Positions 1-10,380 of a stretch of 64,000 nucleotides of DNA are shown here, piece by piece. Both the position numbers and the translations under genes were made by a program. The stretch spans positions 3,423 through 67,422 of the forward strand of contig CAXSFZ010000007.1 in NCBI GenBank assembly GCA_964236905.1, written 5' to 3'. The stretch is from an uncultured Solirubrobacteraceae bacterium (lineage in GTDB: Bacteria; Actinomycetota; Thermoleophilia; Solirubrobacterales; Solirubrobacteraceae). The notes beneath the pieces were generated by a model. That model was not told the origin of the DNA and ran no database searches. It worked only from the letters and a program-made list of their open reading frames with translations. How positions within the stretch are numbered: position 1 is the stretch's first letter; the number at the start of each line of letters is the position of its first letter.

Positions 1-1685
1 GGCTCAGCGACGAGGGGCTCCACCGCAACGTCGGCTTCTTCGGCCTCCTGTGGACCTCGGAGGCGTCCATCATCGGCTCGGGCTGGCTCTTCGGGGCGCT
101 CACCGCGGTCGGCATCGCCGGCCCGTCGGCGCTGATCGCCTGGGTCATCGGGACCTTCATCATCCTGCTCCTGGCGCTCGTGCACGCGGAGCTCGGCGGC
201 CTGTTCCCGGTCAGCGGCGGGACGAGCCGCTTCCCGCACTACGCGTTCGGGACGATGGCCGGGATGACCTTCGGGTGGCTGACCTACGTGCAGGCCGCCG
301 CCACGGCGCCGATCGAGGTGCTGGCCTCGATCCAGTACCTGTCGACCTACAAGAGCCTCGAGCACCTCCACCTGTACCAGAACGGGTCGCTGTCGGGGTG
401 GGGAATCGTCTTCGGCGTCGTGCTGATGGTCATCTTCACGGCGGTCAACCTGGTCGGGGTCCGCTTCCTGACGCGGACGAACAACATCCTCACCGTGCTC
501 AAGGTGGTGCTCCCCATCCTGAGCATCATCATCCTCGTCGGCCACTTCCACGGGTCGAACTTCTCGGCGGGCGGTGGCTTCTTCGTCGACGGCGCCGAGT
601 TGAAGTCGGTGATCCTCGCGGTCCCCGGCGCGATCGTGTTCTCGCTGCTCGGCTTCGAGCAGGCGGTCCAGCTCGGCGGAGAGAGCCGCAACCCACGGCG
701 TGACCTGCCCCTGGCCGTCATGGCCTCGGTCGTGCTCGGCGCCTGCATCTACATCGGCGTGCAGATCGCCTTCATCGGGGCGCTCGACCCGGGCCTGCTG
801 ACCAACGGCCAGACCTGGACCGGCCTGGTCGACCCGACGACGAAGAACCCGACGCTGATCGCCCTGCAGGGCGCGCCGTTCTACGAGGTCGCCAGCCTGG
901 CGGGCGTGGCCTGGCTGGCCACCCTGCTGCGCCTGGACGCCATCATCTCGCCGTCCGGGACGGGCCTGATCTACCTCACGTCGTCCTCGCGCGTGGCCCT
1001 GGCGCTGTCGAAGAACGGCTACGTGCCGCGGGCCTTCGAGCAGAGCTCCGAGCGCCGGCGCATCCCGGTCGTCGGCATCCTGGTGTCCTCGGTGATCGGC
1101 CTGCTGTTCCTGCTCCCCTTCCCGAGCTGGAACTCGCTGGTGGGCACCGTGGCCGCCGCGTCCGTGCTGATGTACGCCGGCGCCCCCGTCGCGCTCGGCG
1201 CGCTGCGCCGCCAGAAGGCCGACCTGCCTCGGGCGTTCAGCCTGCCGGCCGCCGGGGTGCTCGCCCCGCTGGCCTTCGTGCTGGCCAACTTCATCGTGAT
1301 GTGGTCGGGCTGGGGCACGTACACCACGTTGATGCTGGCGCTGCTGATCGGCTACGGGCTGATGGCGCTCTCCCGCGCGCTCAAGCTCAACGACGAGCCG
1401 ATCGAGCTCGAGTGGCACTCGGGCCGGTGGCTCGTCCCCTACCTCATCGGCATGGGCGTGATCATCTACTTCACCCAGTACGGCAGCGGGGGGATCGTCG
1501 GGGGCATCGGGATCTTCTCCGACGTGTTCGTCGGCGGCACCGGGGCGCTCGGACTCGGATGGGACCTGCTCGTCATGGCGATCTTCAGCCTGCTCATCTA
1601 CGCCGTGGCGATGGCGTGCAGCCTCAGCCCCGAGGAGATCGACCAGAAGGTGCGCGACGTCTACCCACCCATGGACGGCCACTGA
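1..1685 (+). CDS. APC family amino acid/polyamine permease (5' end outside window)
   Basis: Open frame from position 3 (LHRNVGFFGLLWTSEASIIGSGWLFGA) is continuous with ORF 180..1685; many TM segments; AELGGLFPVSGG and FSLLGFEQ motifs. Confidence 0.9.
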   Translation, partial: LSDEGLHRNVGFFGLLWTSEASIIGSGWLFGALTAVGIAGPSALIAWVIGTFIILLLALVHAELGGLFPVSGGTSRFPHYAFGTMAGMTFGWLTYVQAAATAPIEVLASIQYLSTYKSLEHLHLYQNGSLSGWGIVFGVVLMVIFTAVNLVGVRFLTRTNNILTVLKVVLPILSIIILVGHFHGSNFSAGGGFFVDGAELKSVILAVPGAIVFSLLGFEQAVQLGGESRNPRRDLPLAVMASVVLGACIYIGVQIAFIGALDPGLLTNGQTWTGLVDPTTKNPTLIALQGAPFYEVASLAGVAWLATLLRLDAIISPSGTGLIYLTSSSRVALALSKNGYVPRAFEQSSERRRIPVVGILVSSVIGLLFLLPFPSWNSLVGTVAAASVLMYAGAPVALGALRRQKADLPRAFSLPAAGVLAPLAFVLANFIVMWSGWGTYTTLMLALLIGYGLMALSRALKLNDEPIELEWHSGRWLVPYLIGMGVIIYFTQYGSGGIVGGIGIFSDVFVGGTGALGLGWDLLVMAIFSLLIYAVAMACSLSPEEIDQKVRDVYPPMDGH

Positions 1686-1795
1686 GCGACGACCTCGCGG
1701 TCAGGCCGGCCCTGCTCCGAGGCGGTTCGCGAGCCCGATCAGCGGCGCTGCTGCGTCGTTGAGCAATATCGCCGCCTGGTGACTACAGTCGCCGC

Positions 1796-3168
1796 ATGAC
1801 GCACGACCGCGGCGCGAGCGTCGAGCAGGTGAGCTGCGACGCGGTCGTGATCGGCGCCGGCCTCGCCGGCCTGTCCTGCGCCGTCGCGCTGCAGGACGCG
1901 GGCGCTTCGGTCTGCGTGCTGGAGGCAGACAGCCGGCTCGGTGGCCGCGTGCGCTCTGACCCCCGGCACGCTCCGGCGCTGCTGGAGGTCGGCGGGCAGT
2001 GGGCGTCCGCGCGGCACACCGAGCTGCTCGGCCTGGCCGCGCAGCATGGGGTCGAGACGATGCCGACGCCGCACGAAGGGGCAGACCTGGCCGACTGGGA
2101 CGGACGCCTGCGGCGCTTCGAGGGGGCGTTCGAGACCTCCCCGGAGGGGCACGCGGCATACCGGGACGTCTGCGCGCAGATCGAGCGGATCGCCGCCGAG
2201 GTGGACCTCGAGCGTCCGGAGCGCTCGCCACGGGCCGAAGCGCTGGACGGTGAGACCTTCCTCACCTGGTTGCGCCGGACGACGTCCTCCGTCGAAGCGC
2301 GCCGACGGGTCCGGGTCGAGATCGAGGGGCTGCTCGCCGCGGAGGTCGGGGCGGTCTCCGCGCTTCACGTGGCGTTCTTCGTGGCGAGCAACGGAGGTCT
2401 CGAGCACCTCCTGGACACCGAAGGCGGCGCGCAGGAGCTCCGCTTCGTGGGTGGGGCGGCGCGGATCGCGGAGTCGCTGGCGGCGCGGTTGGAGGGCTGC
2501 GTCGCTCTCTCCGACCCGGTGCGCGCCATCTCCCAGGACGCGCGGCGAGTGACCGCCGCGAGCACGAGGAGGACCGTGCGCGCGAGGCACGCGGTGATCG
2601 CCGTCCCACCGACCATGGCGGGTCGCATCCACTACGAGCCCGCGCTGCCGGTCGTGCGCGACGCGCTCACGCAGCGCATGGCCCAGGGCAGCGTCGTCAA
2701 GGGCCTCGCGACGTACCGCCGCGCGTTCTGGCGGCGGAGGGGCTCTCGGGGCTGTTCCTCGGGGATCGCGGACCCGTGGCGTTGACCTACGACAACAGCT
2801 CCCCGGGCGGTCCGCCGACCCTCGTGTTCTTCGTGCTGGGAGGCCACGCGCGAGAGCTCGAGCAGCGCAGCGCGTACGGGCGCAGGCAGGTCGTGCTCGA
2901 CGACCTGAGCCGCGTGTTCGGCGACGAGGCGGCGGCGCCGGAGCACTTCGTCGACCAGCTCTGGTCGCGCGAGCCCTACGTCCGCGGCTGCTACATGGGC
3001 TTCCTGGGCCCCGGCGGGTGGACGCAGGCGGGCATGGCGCTCCGGACCCCGGTCGGGAGGCTTCACTGGGCTGGGGCGGAGAGCGCGACGCACTTCTTCG
3101 GGTACATGGAGGGGGCGGTGCGCTCGGGTCGCCGCGCAGCCGCGGAGATCCTCGCAGCGCACACCTGA
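1796..3168 (+). pseudogene. Flavin monoamine/putrescine oxidase family, split by a 1-nt frameshift near 2732-2740 (pseudogene or sequencing error)
   Basis: N-part has VIGAGLAGL and LEADSRLGGR; C-part has LHWAGAESA and GYMEGAVRSG; adding one base gives FWRAEGLSGLFLGDRGPVALTYDNS. Confidence 0.85.
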
Positions 3169-3207
3169 GGCGGTGTGGTGAGAGGGCCCGGACCGGGCGG
3201 AGCGGGC

Positions 3208-4539
3208 TCAGCGGCACAGGCGCCAGGTGGCGACGGCGAGGCCCTGCGCACAGCGGACCAGATCGTCGATGCTCACGTGCTCGCCCACCTGGTGCGCCCA
3301 GTCGATGTGCGACGGGCCGTACATGAGCGCCGGCGAGCCGGTCTCGAGCGCGAAGGTCGCTCCGTCGTACCACGAGCCGAGGCCGCCGAGGCTCGACGGG
3401 AGGCCGAGCGCGCCGTTGGCCCCGAGCAGGGCCTGAACGCTGTCGGTCCCGGCCGGCGTCTCGGACGGATTGAACTCGGCGTACCAGTCGAACCCTGGCG
3501 GATGCTCCGCAAGCCAGCTGTCGGCGGCGCACCAGCGGGTGAGGTGATCCTCGATCTCCTGGCGCACCGACCGCGTCCACCCGTCGGGATCGGCCTGTCG
3601 GGGGAGCACGAGCGCCGCCAGGGTCAGCTGCGCCCGGTCCGGGAGCATCACGTCCCAGCCGCTGTCGGCCGTGAGCCGGGCCGGGACCAGCGCCGGGAGG
3701 TCGAGCAGGGGGTGCTGCAGGTCCGCTCGGCTTCGCCACTCCGCGTTCAGGTGATCCACGCCCGCGAGGAGATGGCGGGCCTTCTCGATCGCGTTGACCG
3801 CGCCACCGTCGCGCCAGTGCCGCTGCGCCTGCTCGCCGTGGCCGGCTCGCCCGGGGATCGTGACGGTCGCGTAGGCACTTCCCCGGCACGCCGGCCACAC
3901 CTCGAGGCCGCTCGGCTCCGCCACCATCGTGAAGTCGGCCCTCACGCCGTGCCGCGTGCACGCGAGCGCCCCGAGGCCGCTGGACTCCTCCTCGGTGTTG
4001 GTGCAGACGATCAGATCGCCGGCGAGCGCTCCGGTCCGGGCGAGCGCCTCGGCGGCGATCGTCATCGCCGCGATCCCGCCCTTCATGTCGCAGGCGCCGC
4101 GCCCGGAGATCTCACCGTCGCGGACGACCGCCGCGAAGGGATCGTGCTCCCAGCCGTCGGTCCGGGAGGCCGGGACCACGTCGATGTGGCCGTTGAACAT
4201 GACCGAGCGCCCGCCGCCCGCGCCACGCAGTCGCGCGACGAGCTGCGGCCGGCCCGCGAAGGAGAACGCGTCGGGCGGGGAGAGCGGATGGTCGGCCACG
4301 TCCTCGGGGCTCGGCTCCCAGAGCTCCACCTCCGCACCTGCGGACCGCAGTCGGCGCGCCAGTGCCTCCTGCACCATCCGCTCCTCGCGTGCCGGCGCGT
4401 CGGCCCGGACGCGGCTCGTCGTGTCGTAGGCGATCAGCTCGCAGGTCAGCGCGACGAGCTCCTCGCGCCGGCTCGCGATGTCGTCGGCAAGCGCCCGCTC
4501 CTCGGCGCTGAGCTCGGCCGAGCGGAGGTTCCGGGTCAT
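3208..4539 (-). CDS. M20 family ArgE/DapE-type deacylase/amidohydrolase
   Basis: FNGHIDVV, GRGACDMKGG, EEE, AEP and AHQVGEHV metal-binding motifs. Confidence 0.9.
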   Translation of the reverse strand: MTRNLRSAELSAEERALADDIASRREELVALTCELIAYDTTSRVRADAPAREERMVQEALARRLRSAGAEVELWEPSPEDVADHPLSPPDAFSFAGRPQLVARLRGAGGGRSVMFNGHIDVVPASRTDGWEHDPFAAVVRDGEISGRGACDMKGGIAAMTIAAEALARTGALAGDLIVCTNTEEESSGLGALACTRHGVRADFTMVAEPSGLEVWPACRGSAYATVTIPGRAGHGEQAQRHWRDGGAVNAIEKARHLLAGVDHLNAEWRSRADLQHPLLDLPALVPARLTADSGWDVMLPDRAQLTLAALVLPRQADPDGWTRSVRQEIEDHLTRWCAADSWLAEHPPGFDWYAEFNPSETPAGTDSVQALLGANGALGLPSSLGGLGSWYDGATFALETGSPALMYGPSHIDWAHQVGEHVSIDDLVRCAQGLAVATWRLCR

Positions 4540-4628
4540 CGGACGCCGGTCCGGGCCGGCGTCTCCGGGCCGAGCTGACCGGCGTCGAAGCGTCCGACGT
4601 GTCGGCGGCCGCCGCTGGGTGTCTTCCG

Positions 4629-4657
4629 TTGCACAGTTGTTGAACAGAGCCTACGCT
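4629..4657 (+). promoter_or_regulatory. Sigma70-type promoter with GntR-type operator in the spacer
   Basis: TTGCAC-N17-TACGCT, 6 nt before GTG 4664; spacer contains GTTGTTGAACAG. Confidence 0.7.
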
Positions 4658-4663
4658 TGTCCC

Positions 4664-5917
4664 GTGATGCGAGCCCAGGCAGACGACGTGCAGGCTTCGA
4701 CTTGGAGCAACTGGTACGGCAACGTCTCGTGCCACCCGCGGCGCGTCGCGCGCCCGGTGGACGAGGCGGAGCTCCAGCAGCTGGTCTGCGACGCGAGCGA
4801 CGAAGGGCTCTCGGTGCGCGCCGCCGGTGCCGGCCACTCCAACGTGCCGCTCGTCTCGACCGACGGGCTGCTCGTCGACATGACCGCGATGCGCGGCCTG
4901 CGCGGGCTCGACGCCGCCGCCGGCTCGGCGACCTTCGGCGCGGGCACGTCGATCGCCGACGTCGGCCGCGAGCTCTGGCGACACGGTCTGAGCCTGCGCA
5001 ACCAGGGCGACATCAACGGCCAGACGCTCGCCGGCGCCGTCGCCACCGGAACGCACGGCACCGGGCTCGAGCTGCCCTCGATCTCCGGAGCCGTGCGCGG
5101 CATGCGTCTCGTGACGGCAGGCGGCCGGGTCGTCGACGTCGACGAAACGTGGCCGAGCGCGCTGCGTGCAGCGCGCTGCAGCCTGGGAGCCCTCGGGGTG
5201 GCGACGGAGGTCACCGTGGACGTCGTCGAGGCGTTCAACCTCGTCCTCGACGGCTACGTCGTCTCCTGGCCCCAGCTCGCCGTCGAGCTGCCGGATCTGC
5301 TGGTCGGGCACCGCAGCGTGGCCGTCTACTGGTGTCCGCACGGAACGAATCCCTGGCTCCCGGGCATGGACGCGAGCCGGGGCGAGCAGGTCATGATCAA
5401 GACGATGGATCCGCGGGAGGCCCGGGACGCACCCGTCGGCGACAAGTTCCGCACGCAGTTCTGCGCCCCGGCCCACGAGGTCTGGCCGGACCCCTACGAA
5501 GCGGACTTCCACGAGTTCGAGTACATGATCCCGCTGGACCGGACGCTGAGCGCGATGGGCGAGATCCGCGAGCTCATGCAGCGCCACTACCCACAGATCG
5601 GCCTGCCGGTCGAGATCCGCTTCGTCGCGGCCGACGACGGTCACCTCAGTCCGTTCTCCGACCGGGCCTCCGGGGTGATCTCCATCTCCGGGCCCATGGG
5701 CGAGGACAACACGGCGCTGTTCCGGGACTGCGACCGGACGCTTCAGAGCTTCTCCGCCCGGACGCACTGGGGCAAGTGGCACGAGTTCGACGTCATGCGC
5801 GTCCAAGCGGCCTATCCCGGCTTCGCGGCGTTCGACGAGGTGCGGCGCGAGCTGGATCCCGGCGGGACGTTCCTGAACCCCCACCTCGAGCGCATCCTGG
5901 AGCGGCCGCGCGCCTGA
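4664..5917 (+). CDS. FAD-linked oxidase, aldonolactone/alditol oxidase (ALO-like) family
   Basis: WSNWYGN, GAGHS (covalent-FAD His), GAVATGTHGTG, EIRFV, RTHWGK; start placed at leaderless GTG/ATG 4664/4667. Confidence 0.85.
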   Translation: MMRAQADDVQASTWSNWYGNVSCHPRRVARPVDEAELQQLVCDASDEGLSVRAAGAGHSNVPLVSTDGLLVDMTAMRGLRGLDAAAGSATFGAGTSIADVGRELWRHGLSLRNQGDINGQTLAGAVATGTHGTGLELPSISGAVRGMRLVTAGGRVVDVDETWPSALRAARCSLGALGVATEVTVDVVEAFNLVLDGYVVSWPQLAVELPDLLVGHRSVAVYWCPHGTNPWLPGMDASRGEQVMIKTMDPREARDAPVGDKFRTQFCAPAHEVWPDPYEADFHEFEYMIPLDRTLSAMGEIRELMQRHYPQIGLPVEIRFVAADDGHLSPFSDRASGVISISGPMGEDNTALFRDCDRTLQSFSARTHWGKWHEFDVMRVQAAYPGFAAFDEVRRELDPGGTFLNPHLERILERPRA

Positions 5918-6021
5918 GCGGCTCGGCCGCATGACCTGCTCGCGGCGTCCTCGGCCGTGAGGTCGGCGGCGGCGCCGCAGATGATTCCGGGAGCCGGCGC
6001 GCCGGCACCGTGACGCCACGC

Positions 6022-6714
6022 TCAGGTGCGCGGTGCGGGCAGCGGTCGCGGTCCCGTCCGCCTGACCGAGGCGTGGGCGCGCGCGAGACCCTCGATCTCG
6101 CACGCCACGTGATCTCCATCCTCGATCACGGTCGCGCCCGGCGTGCCGGTGCAGATCAGGTCGCCGGCCCTGAGCGGCATGGTGCGGCTCAGCCGTGCGA
6201 CGATCTGAGCCGGGGAGAACACCATGTCGGCGACGGTCGAGCGACGGTGGACCTCGCCGTTGCGGATCGTGCTGATCGTCAGGCCGGCGAGGTCGTCCCC
6301 GCCCAGCGCACGCGCCTGCGCGAGGGGCACGATCGTGGGCGCGACGGCCAGGAACGTCGGGAAGTTCTTGCTCCAGACGAGGAAGCGCGGATTGCGCTGC
6401 AGGATGTCCTCGGCGGTCTGGTCCAGGAGGGCCACGACGCCTGCCACGTGGTCGAGCGCGTCCCCCTCGCTGACGCCCGCGCACGTGCGGCCCATCACCA
6501 GGCCGAGCTCCGCCTCCGCGGTGACCCTCGCGCTCTGAGCGGGCAGGTCGATCACCCCCCCGGAGGCGATGAGGGTGTGCTCGCCCTTGTAGAAGAAGAC
6601 GGGTGCGTCGGGATACCGCTGTCCGAGGTCGTCGGCGTGCGCCCGGTAGTTGAGCCCGATCCCGAGGAGCTTGCGGGCTCCGCTGTCGGCTGTGTCGAAC
6701 GCCTGCTGGGTCAT
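6022..6714 (-). CDS. Fumarylacetoacetate hydrolase family protein
   Basis: GIGLNYRAH, EAELG, KNFPTF, GDLICTGTPG. Confidence 0.9.
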   Translation of the reverse strand: MTQQAFDTADSGARKLLGIGLNYRAHADDLGQRYPDAPVFFYKGEHTLIASGGVIDLPAQSARVTAEAELGLVMGRTCAGVSEGDALDHVAGVVALLDQTAEDILQRNPRFLVWSKNFPTFLAVAPTIVPLAQARALGGDDLAGLTISTIRNGEVHRRSTVADMVFSPAQIVARLSRTMPLRAGDLICTGTPGATVIEDGDHVACEIEGLARAHASVRRTGPRPLPAPRT

Positions 6715-7865
6715 CCGAGCTCCGTGTCTGCCCGGGCCAGGGCGTCGATGCCGCGTCGCAGGACGTCGTCGGCGGCGGCGAGCGACAGCCGGACCGTTCC
6801 GACCGGCGAGGCCCCGAAGGCCGAGCCGGGCGCCACGGCGACGCCGAAGTCGCGCAGCAGCCGGGTCGCGTGCCCGAGGCCGTCGGGCGATGCGCCGGGA
6901 CGCACCCGGACCAGGCCGTAGAAGGCCCCGGCGGGCCGCACCCAGCCGAGGTCGGCCTCGCGAAGGAGACGGTCCACCAGGTCGCGGCGGCGGCGGTACT
7001 CGTGGCGCCGGGCCTCGAGCAGCTCACCCCCGAGGTCCAGTGCGGCGATGCCGGCGTGCTGGGCCACGGAGCTGCTGCAGGTGACGCAGCCCTCCTGGAT
7101 CCGGGTGAGCGCCGCGACGACCGGCGCGTCAGCCCAGACGTAGCCGAGCCGGTAGCCCGTCATCGAGTAGCTCTTGGAGAAGCTGTGGACCGAGATGACG
7201 TGCTCTCGCCCGAAGCGCCGCGCCGGAGCGTGCGCGCCGTCGTAGGCCAGGTCGTCGTAGACCTCGTCGCTGATCAGCCAGCAGCCCAGGTCTCGCAGGC
7301 CCGCCACGACGAGCTCGACGCTCGCCGGCGCCAGCACCGCGCCCGTCGGGTTGCCCGGTGAGTTGAGGACCACGGCCGCGGGGCGCAGGCGCCGTGCCAC
7401 GGCCAGCAGCGCCTCCGGATCGGGGGCCAGCGTCGCGGGGTCGAGCGGGTACGTCGCGAGGGGGGCCCGCAGCATCCGCGCCATCGCGCGGAGGTTGGGC
7501 CAGTGCAGCTCGGGCACCAGCACCGTCGCGCCGGGCTCGACCGTCGCGGCGAGCGCGAGCGCCATCGCGTTCGTGCCTCCTGTCGTCACGAAGGTCTCGG
7601 CGGCGAGCGCCGGGCCGGCACCGAGACCCTGCAGCCGGACGGCGATCCGTGCCCGCAGCTCCGGGACTCCCGCGGTGGCCGTGTAGCCGGTCAGGCCGGT
7701 GGACGCGGCGCGGGCCGTCGCCTCGACGACCGACCGGGGGACCGGGAGATCGGGCTGGCCGATGTCCAGCCTGGCGACATCGAGCCCGGCGGCGGCCTCG
7801 GCGAGGGTCCGGATCTGGGATCGCTCGGCGTCCGCGAGGAGCTCGACGAGCTGCGCACCGGGCAC
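6711..7865 (-). CDS. PLP-dependent aminotransferase class I/II
   Basis: NSPGNPTG, SDEVY, SFSKSYSMTGYRLGY (PLP lysine). Confidence 0.9.
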   Translation of the reverse strand: MPGAQLVELLADAERSQIRTLAEAAAGLDVARLDIGQPDLPVPRSVVEATARAASTGLTGYTATAGVPELRARIAVRLQGLGAGPALAAETFVTTGGTNAMALALAATVEPGATVLVPELHWPNLRAMARMLRAPLATYPLDPATLAPDPEALLAVARRLRPAAVVLNSPGNPTGAVLAPASVELVVAGLRDLGCWLISDEVYDDLAYDGAHAPARRFGREHVISVHSFSKSYSMTGYRLGYVWADAPVVAALTRIQEGCVTCSSSVAQHAGIAALDLGGELLEARRHEYRRRRDLVDRLLREADLGWVRPAGAFYGLVRVRPGASPDGLGHATRLLRDFGVAVAPGSAFGASPVGTVRLSLAAADDVLRRGIDALARADTELG

Positions 7866-7871
7866 GGGCGC

Positions 7872-8741
7872 TCAGTCCCGATGCCCGGCTCGACGACGAA
7901 AGCGGAGCGTCGCTCCGGGTCGCAGCTGGCCGAGCGCGTCCAGGTCCCGGTCGCGGACGACGCCGATCACCGGATAGCCGCCGGTGGTGGGACAGTCGGA
8001 GAGCAGCACGATGGGCTTCCCGGACGGGGGCACCTCGATCGCGCCGGGGACCATGCCCTCGGATCGCAGCTCCTGATCGTCGGTGCGCACGAGGCCCGGG
8101 CCGTCGAGCTTCATGCCGATCCGGCTGACGTCGGGCGTCACGGTGTAGCTGCCGGCGGCCAGCACCTGGAGAGCCTCCGGCACGAACATGCCCTCACGAG
8201 GCCCGACGTCGAAGGCGACGGTGAGCTGGGCGGACAGGCCCGCCACGGGGACCGCGTCGACCGCTGGTACCGGCCCGCCGGTGTTGCCGAGCGGCAGGAC
8301 GTCGCCCCGCCGCAGCGGCGCCGGGCCGAGCCGGCTGAGCGTGTCCGTGGAGCGGCTGCCGAGCACCGGCGCCACGTCGAGTCCGCCCGCGAGCGCCACG
8401 TAGGTGCGCAGGCCGGCCTCCGGGCGGGCGAGGGCCACGGTGGCCCCACCCGGGAGGCGAGACGCACGGTTCATCTCCAGCCCTCCGCCGTCGACGGACG
8501 CGTCGACGGGCGCCCCCGTGAGCGCGATCGTGGTGTCGCGCCCCAGGCGCAGGGTCAGCCCGCCCATCAACGACTCGATCGCCGCCGCTCCCTCCGGGTT
8601 GCCGACGAGGCGGTTGGCGAGGCGGAGCGACGCGCGGTCGGCTGCGCCGGCACGCGGAACGCCGAGATGGCGCCAGCCGGTTCGACCCAGGTCCTGGATG
8701 GACGCGAACGTCCCGGGAGCGACGATCTCCACCTCGCTCAC
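7872..8741 (-). CDS. pxpC: 5-oxoprolinase subunit C / allophanate hydrolase subunit 2 family
   Basis: IQDLGR, GAAD, ANRLVGN, VLGSRST, PTTGGYPVIG. Confidence 0.85.
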   Translation of the reverse strand: MSEVEIVAPGTFASIQDLGRTGWRHLGVPRAGAADRASLRLANRLVGNPEGAAAIESLMGGLTLRLGRDTTIALTGAPVDASVDGGGLEMNRASRLPGGATVALARPEAGLRTYVALAGGLDVAPVLGSRSTDTLSRLGPAPLRRGDVLPLGNTGGPVPAVDAVPVAGLSAQLTVAFDVGPREGMFVPEALQVLAAGSYTVTPDVSRIGMKLDGPGLVRTDDQELRSEGMVPGAIEVPPSGKPIVLLSDCPTTGGYPVIGVVRDRDLDALGQLRPGATLRFRRRAGHRD

Positions 8742-9406
8742 CGATCGCCGCCGGGAGCGAAGACGACCCCGTCGCCGGGCGCGAGCAGCGCGGGACGCTC
8801 GGGCGAGGCCGGGTCGAAGAGGGTCATGGTCGTCGTCCCGAGGAGCCGCCAGCCGCCCGGGGTCGACGAGGTGTAGACCGTCGAGTACTCGCCCGCGATC
8901 GCCACCGTGCCCCGCGGCACCCTCGTGCGCGGCTCGGCCCGACGGGCGACGGCAAGCCGCGGGTCGCCGCCCACGAGGTAGGCCTGGCCCGGCGCGAAGC
9001 CGAGGAACGCGACGGTGTATCGCCCCGCCTGATGACGGTTGACGACCTCCTCGACGCTTGTGCCGAGCTCGCCCGCGACCTCCGCCAGGTCCGGGCCGTC
9101 GTAGCTCACCGGAATGCGCACCTCGCGTCTCGGCTCCCCAGCCTCCCGCGCGAGGCCCGCGGTGGCGAGCGCCTCGGCCCCCGGGCGCCGGTGTCGCCCC
9201 ACCAGCAGCAGCGTGGTGTGCCCCGGGACGACCTCCTCGAGGGCGAGGGCGGCTCGGGCCGCGTCGTAGCGGCGAAACGCCGACGCGACCGCCTCGGGCG
9301 TCGGGAACTCGAGGAGGACCCCCCGCTCGCCGACGATGCGGCGAGCGGGCACCGACGCCTCGGGGGACGAGGACGGGCCGTCCCCGGCGAGACGAGGAGC
9401 TCTCAC
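8738..9406 (-). CDS. pxpB: 5-oxoprolinase subunit B / allophanate hydrolase subunit 1 family
   Basis: YDGPDL, FLGFAPGQAYL, PRTRVPRGTVAIAG, TPGGWRLLG; GTG 9406 overlaps the upstream TGA. Confidence 0.85.
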   Translation of the reverse strand: MRAPRLAGDGPSSSPEASVPARRIVGERGVLLEFPTPEAVASAFRRYDAARAALALEEVVPGHTTLLLVGRHRRPGAEALATAGLAREAGEPRREVRIPVSYDGPDLAEVAGELGTSVEEVVNRHQAGRYTVAFLGFAPGQAYLVGGDPRLAVARRAEPRTRVPRGTVAIAGEYSTVYTSSTPGGWRLLGTTTMTLFDPASPERPALLAPGDGVVFAPGGDR

Positions 9407-10311
9407 GAGCTCGGGCGGGCGAGCGGGACCGAGCTGGTGAGTGACGGATGGGCGGCGGGTGAGCGGAGGCCGTGGCGCAGGTCCGACATCCCGGCGTACG
9501 TCGAGGCGACGTTCGGCGCCCATCCCTCGAGCGCCGCCGGATCCAACCGGAGGACTTGGACGCCGATGGGGTTGCAGTTGGGCTCCGCGCCGGCGTCGGG
9601 CCCCCACATGGGCACCGCCAGATCGCCGCCCGGACAGGCCGAGCCGGCCATCAGGAGGTCCGTCTCGGCCAGCAGATCGAAGTGGTCGCCTGGCCGCGCC
9701 GGCGACGGCTTGAGGAAGTAGCGCCGATCGTCCTCGGTCAGCCCGGTCACCTGGAACACGTTGAGCACGTCGTGGACGTCGAACTCCGTCAGCCCGCGGG
9801 GCTGGACCGCGCGGACGAGGTTCGAGTGGCAGTGGAAGTCATAGGCCTTGCCCGAGAGGACCTGGGTCACGTACGGGTCGCAGCGCGTTCCCAGCAGGTC
9901 GTGACAGCCGGCGCCGTCCTCGTCGATCCCGTAGGCCAGCGTATCGGCGACGACCGTGGCCAGGGGACGCAGGAACGGGAGGCAGGACCACAGCCGTGCG
10001 CCGACCGAGATGTGCGTGCCGTAGAACTGCCGCGTGCGTGAGGCCCAGAAGCGCTCCCGCGGGTCGTGCCGGCTCCAGAGGTTCAGGTCGAACACCTGTG
10101 GGCCGTCGATCGTCCGCAGCCGGCAGACGTGGCCGGCGGGGACGATCCAGGATCGTCCCGAGCGGATCGGGACCACCAGCTCGTCGACGACCTCCGCGTC
10201 GTCCAGCGCCTCGGCGACACGCCGCAGCACGTCCGGAGCGAGCCGCAGTGGCCCCTCCTCTGCCGCGATGTACGCCGGCTGCGGTCGGGGTCGGTCCGCT
10301 CTGGTCGCCAT
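9403..10311 (-). CDS. Urea carboxylase-associated family protein (DUF1989)
   Basis: GPQVFDLNLW, HDLLGTRCDPY, CHSNL, HDVLNVFQVTG, SACPGGD. Confidence 0.8.
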   Translation of the reverse strand: MATRADRPRPQPAYIAAEEGPLRLAPDVLRRVAEALDDAEVVDELVVPIRSGRSWIVPAGHVCRLRTIDGPQVFDLNLWSRHDPRERFWASRTRQFYGTHISVGARLWSCLPFLRPLATVVADTLAYGIDEDGAGCHDLLGTRCDPYVTQVLSGKAYDFHCHSNLVRAVQPRGLTEFDVHDVLNVFQVTGLTEDDRRYFLKPSPARPGDHFDLLAETDLLMAGSACPGGDLAVPMWGPDAGAEPNCNPIGVQVLRLDPAALEGWAPNVASTYAGMSDLRHGLRSPAAHPSLTSSVPLARPSS

Positions 10312-10319
10312 ACGGGAGC

Positions 10320-10347
10320 ATGCTAACAGTGCTCAACAACTGCGCAA
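10320..10347 (-). promoter_or_regulatory. Promoter with GntR-type operator upstream of DUF1989-pxpBC operon
   Basis: Minus strand TTGCGC-AGTTGTTGAGCACTGT-TAGCAT, 8 nt before ATG 10311. Confidence 0.65.
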
Positions 10348-10380
10348 ACTGCGGGAACCGGGCGTGGCCGGTGGCTCGCC

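Noticed and set aside
10312-10380. Guanidine riboswitch upstream of DUF1989
   Set aside because: The -10 element is only 8 nt from the ATG, leaving no leader; no riboswitch motifs visible
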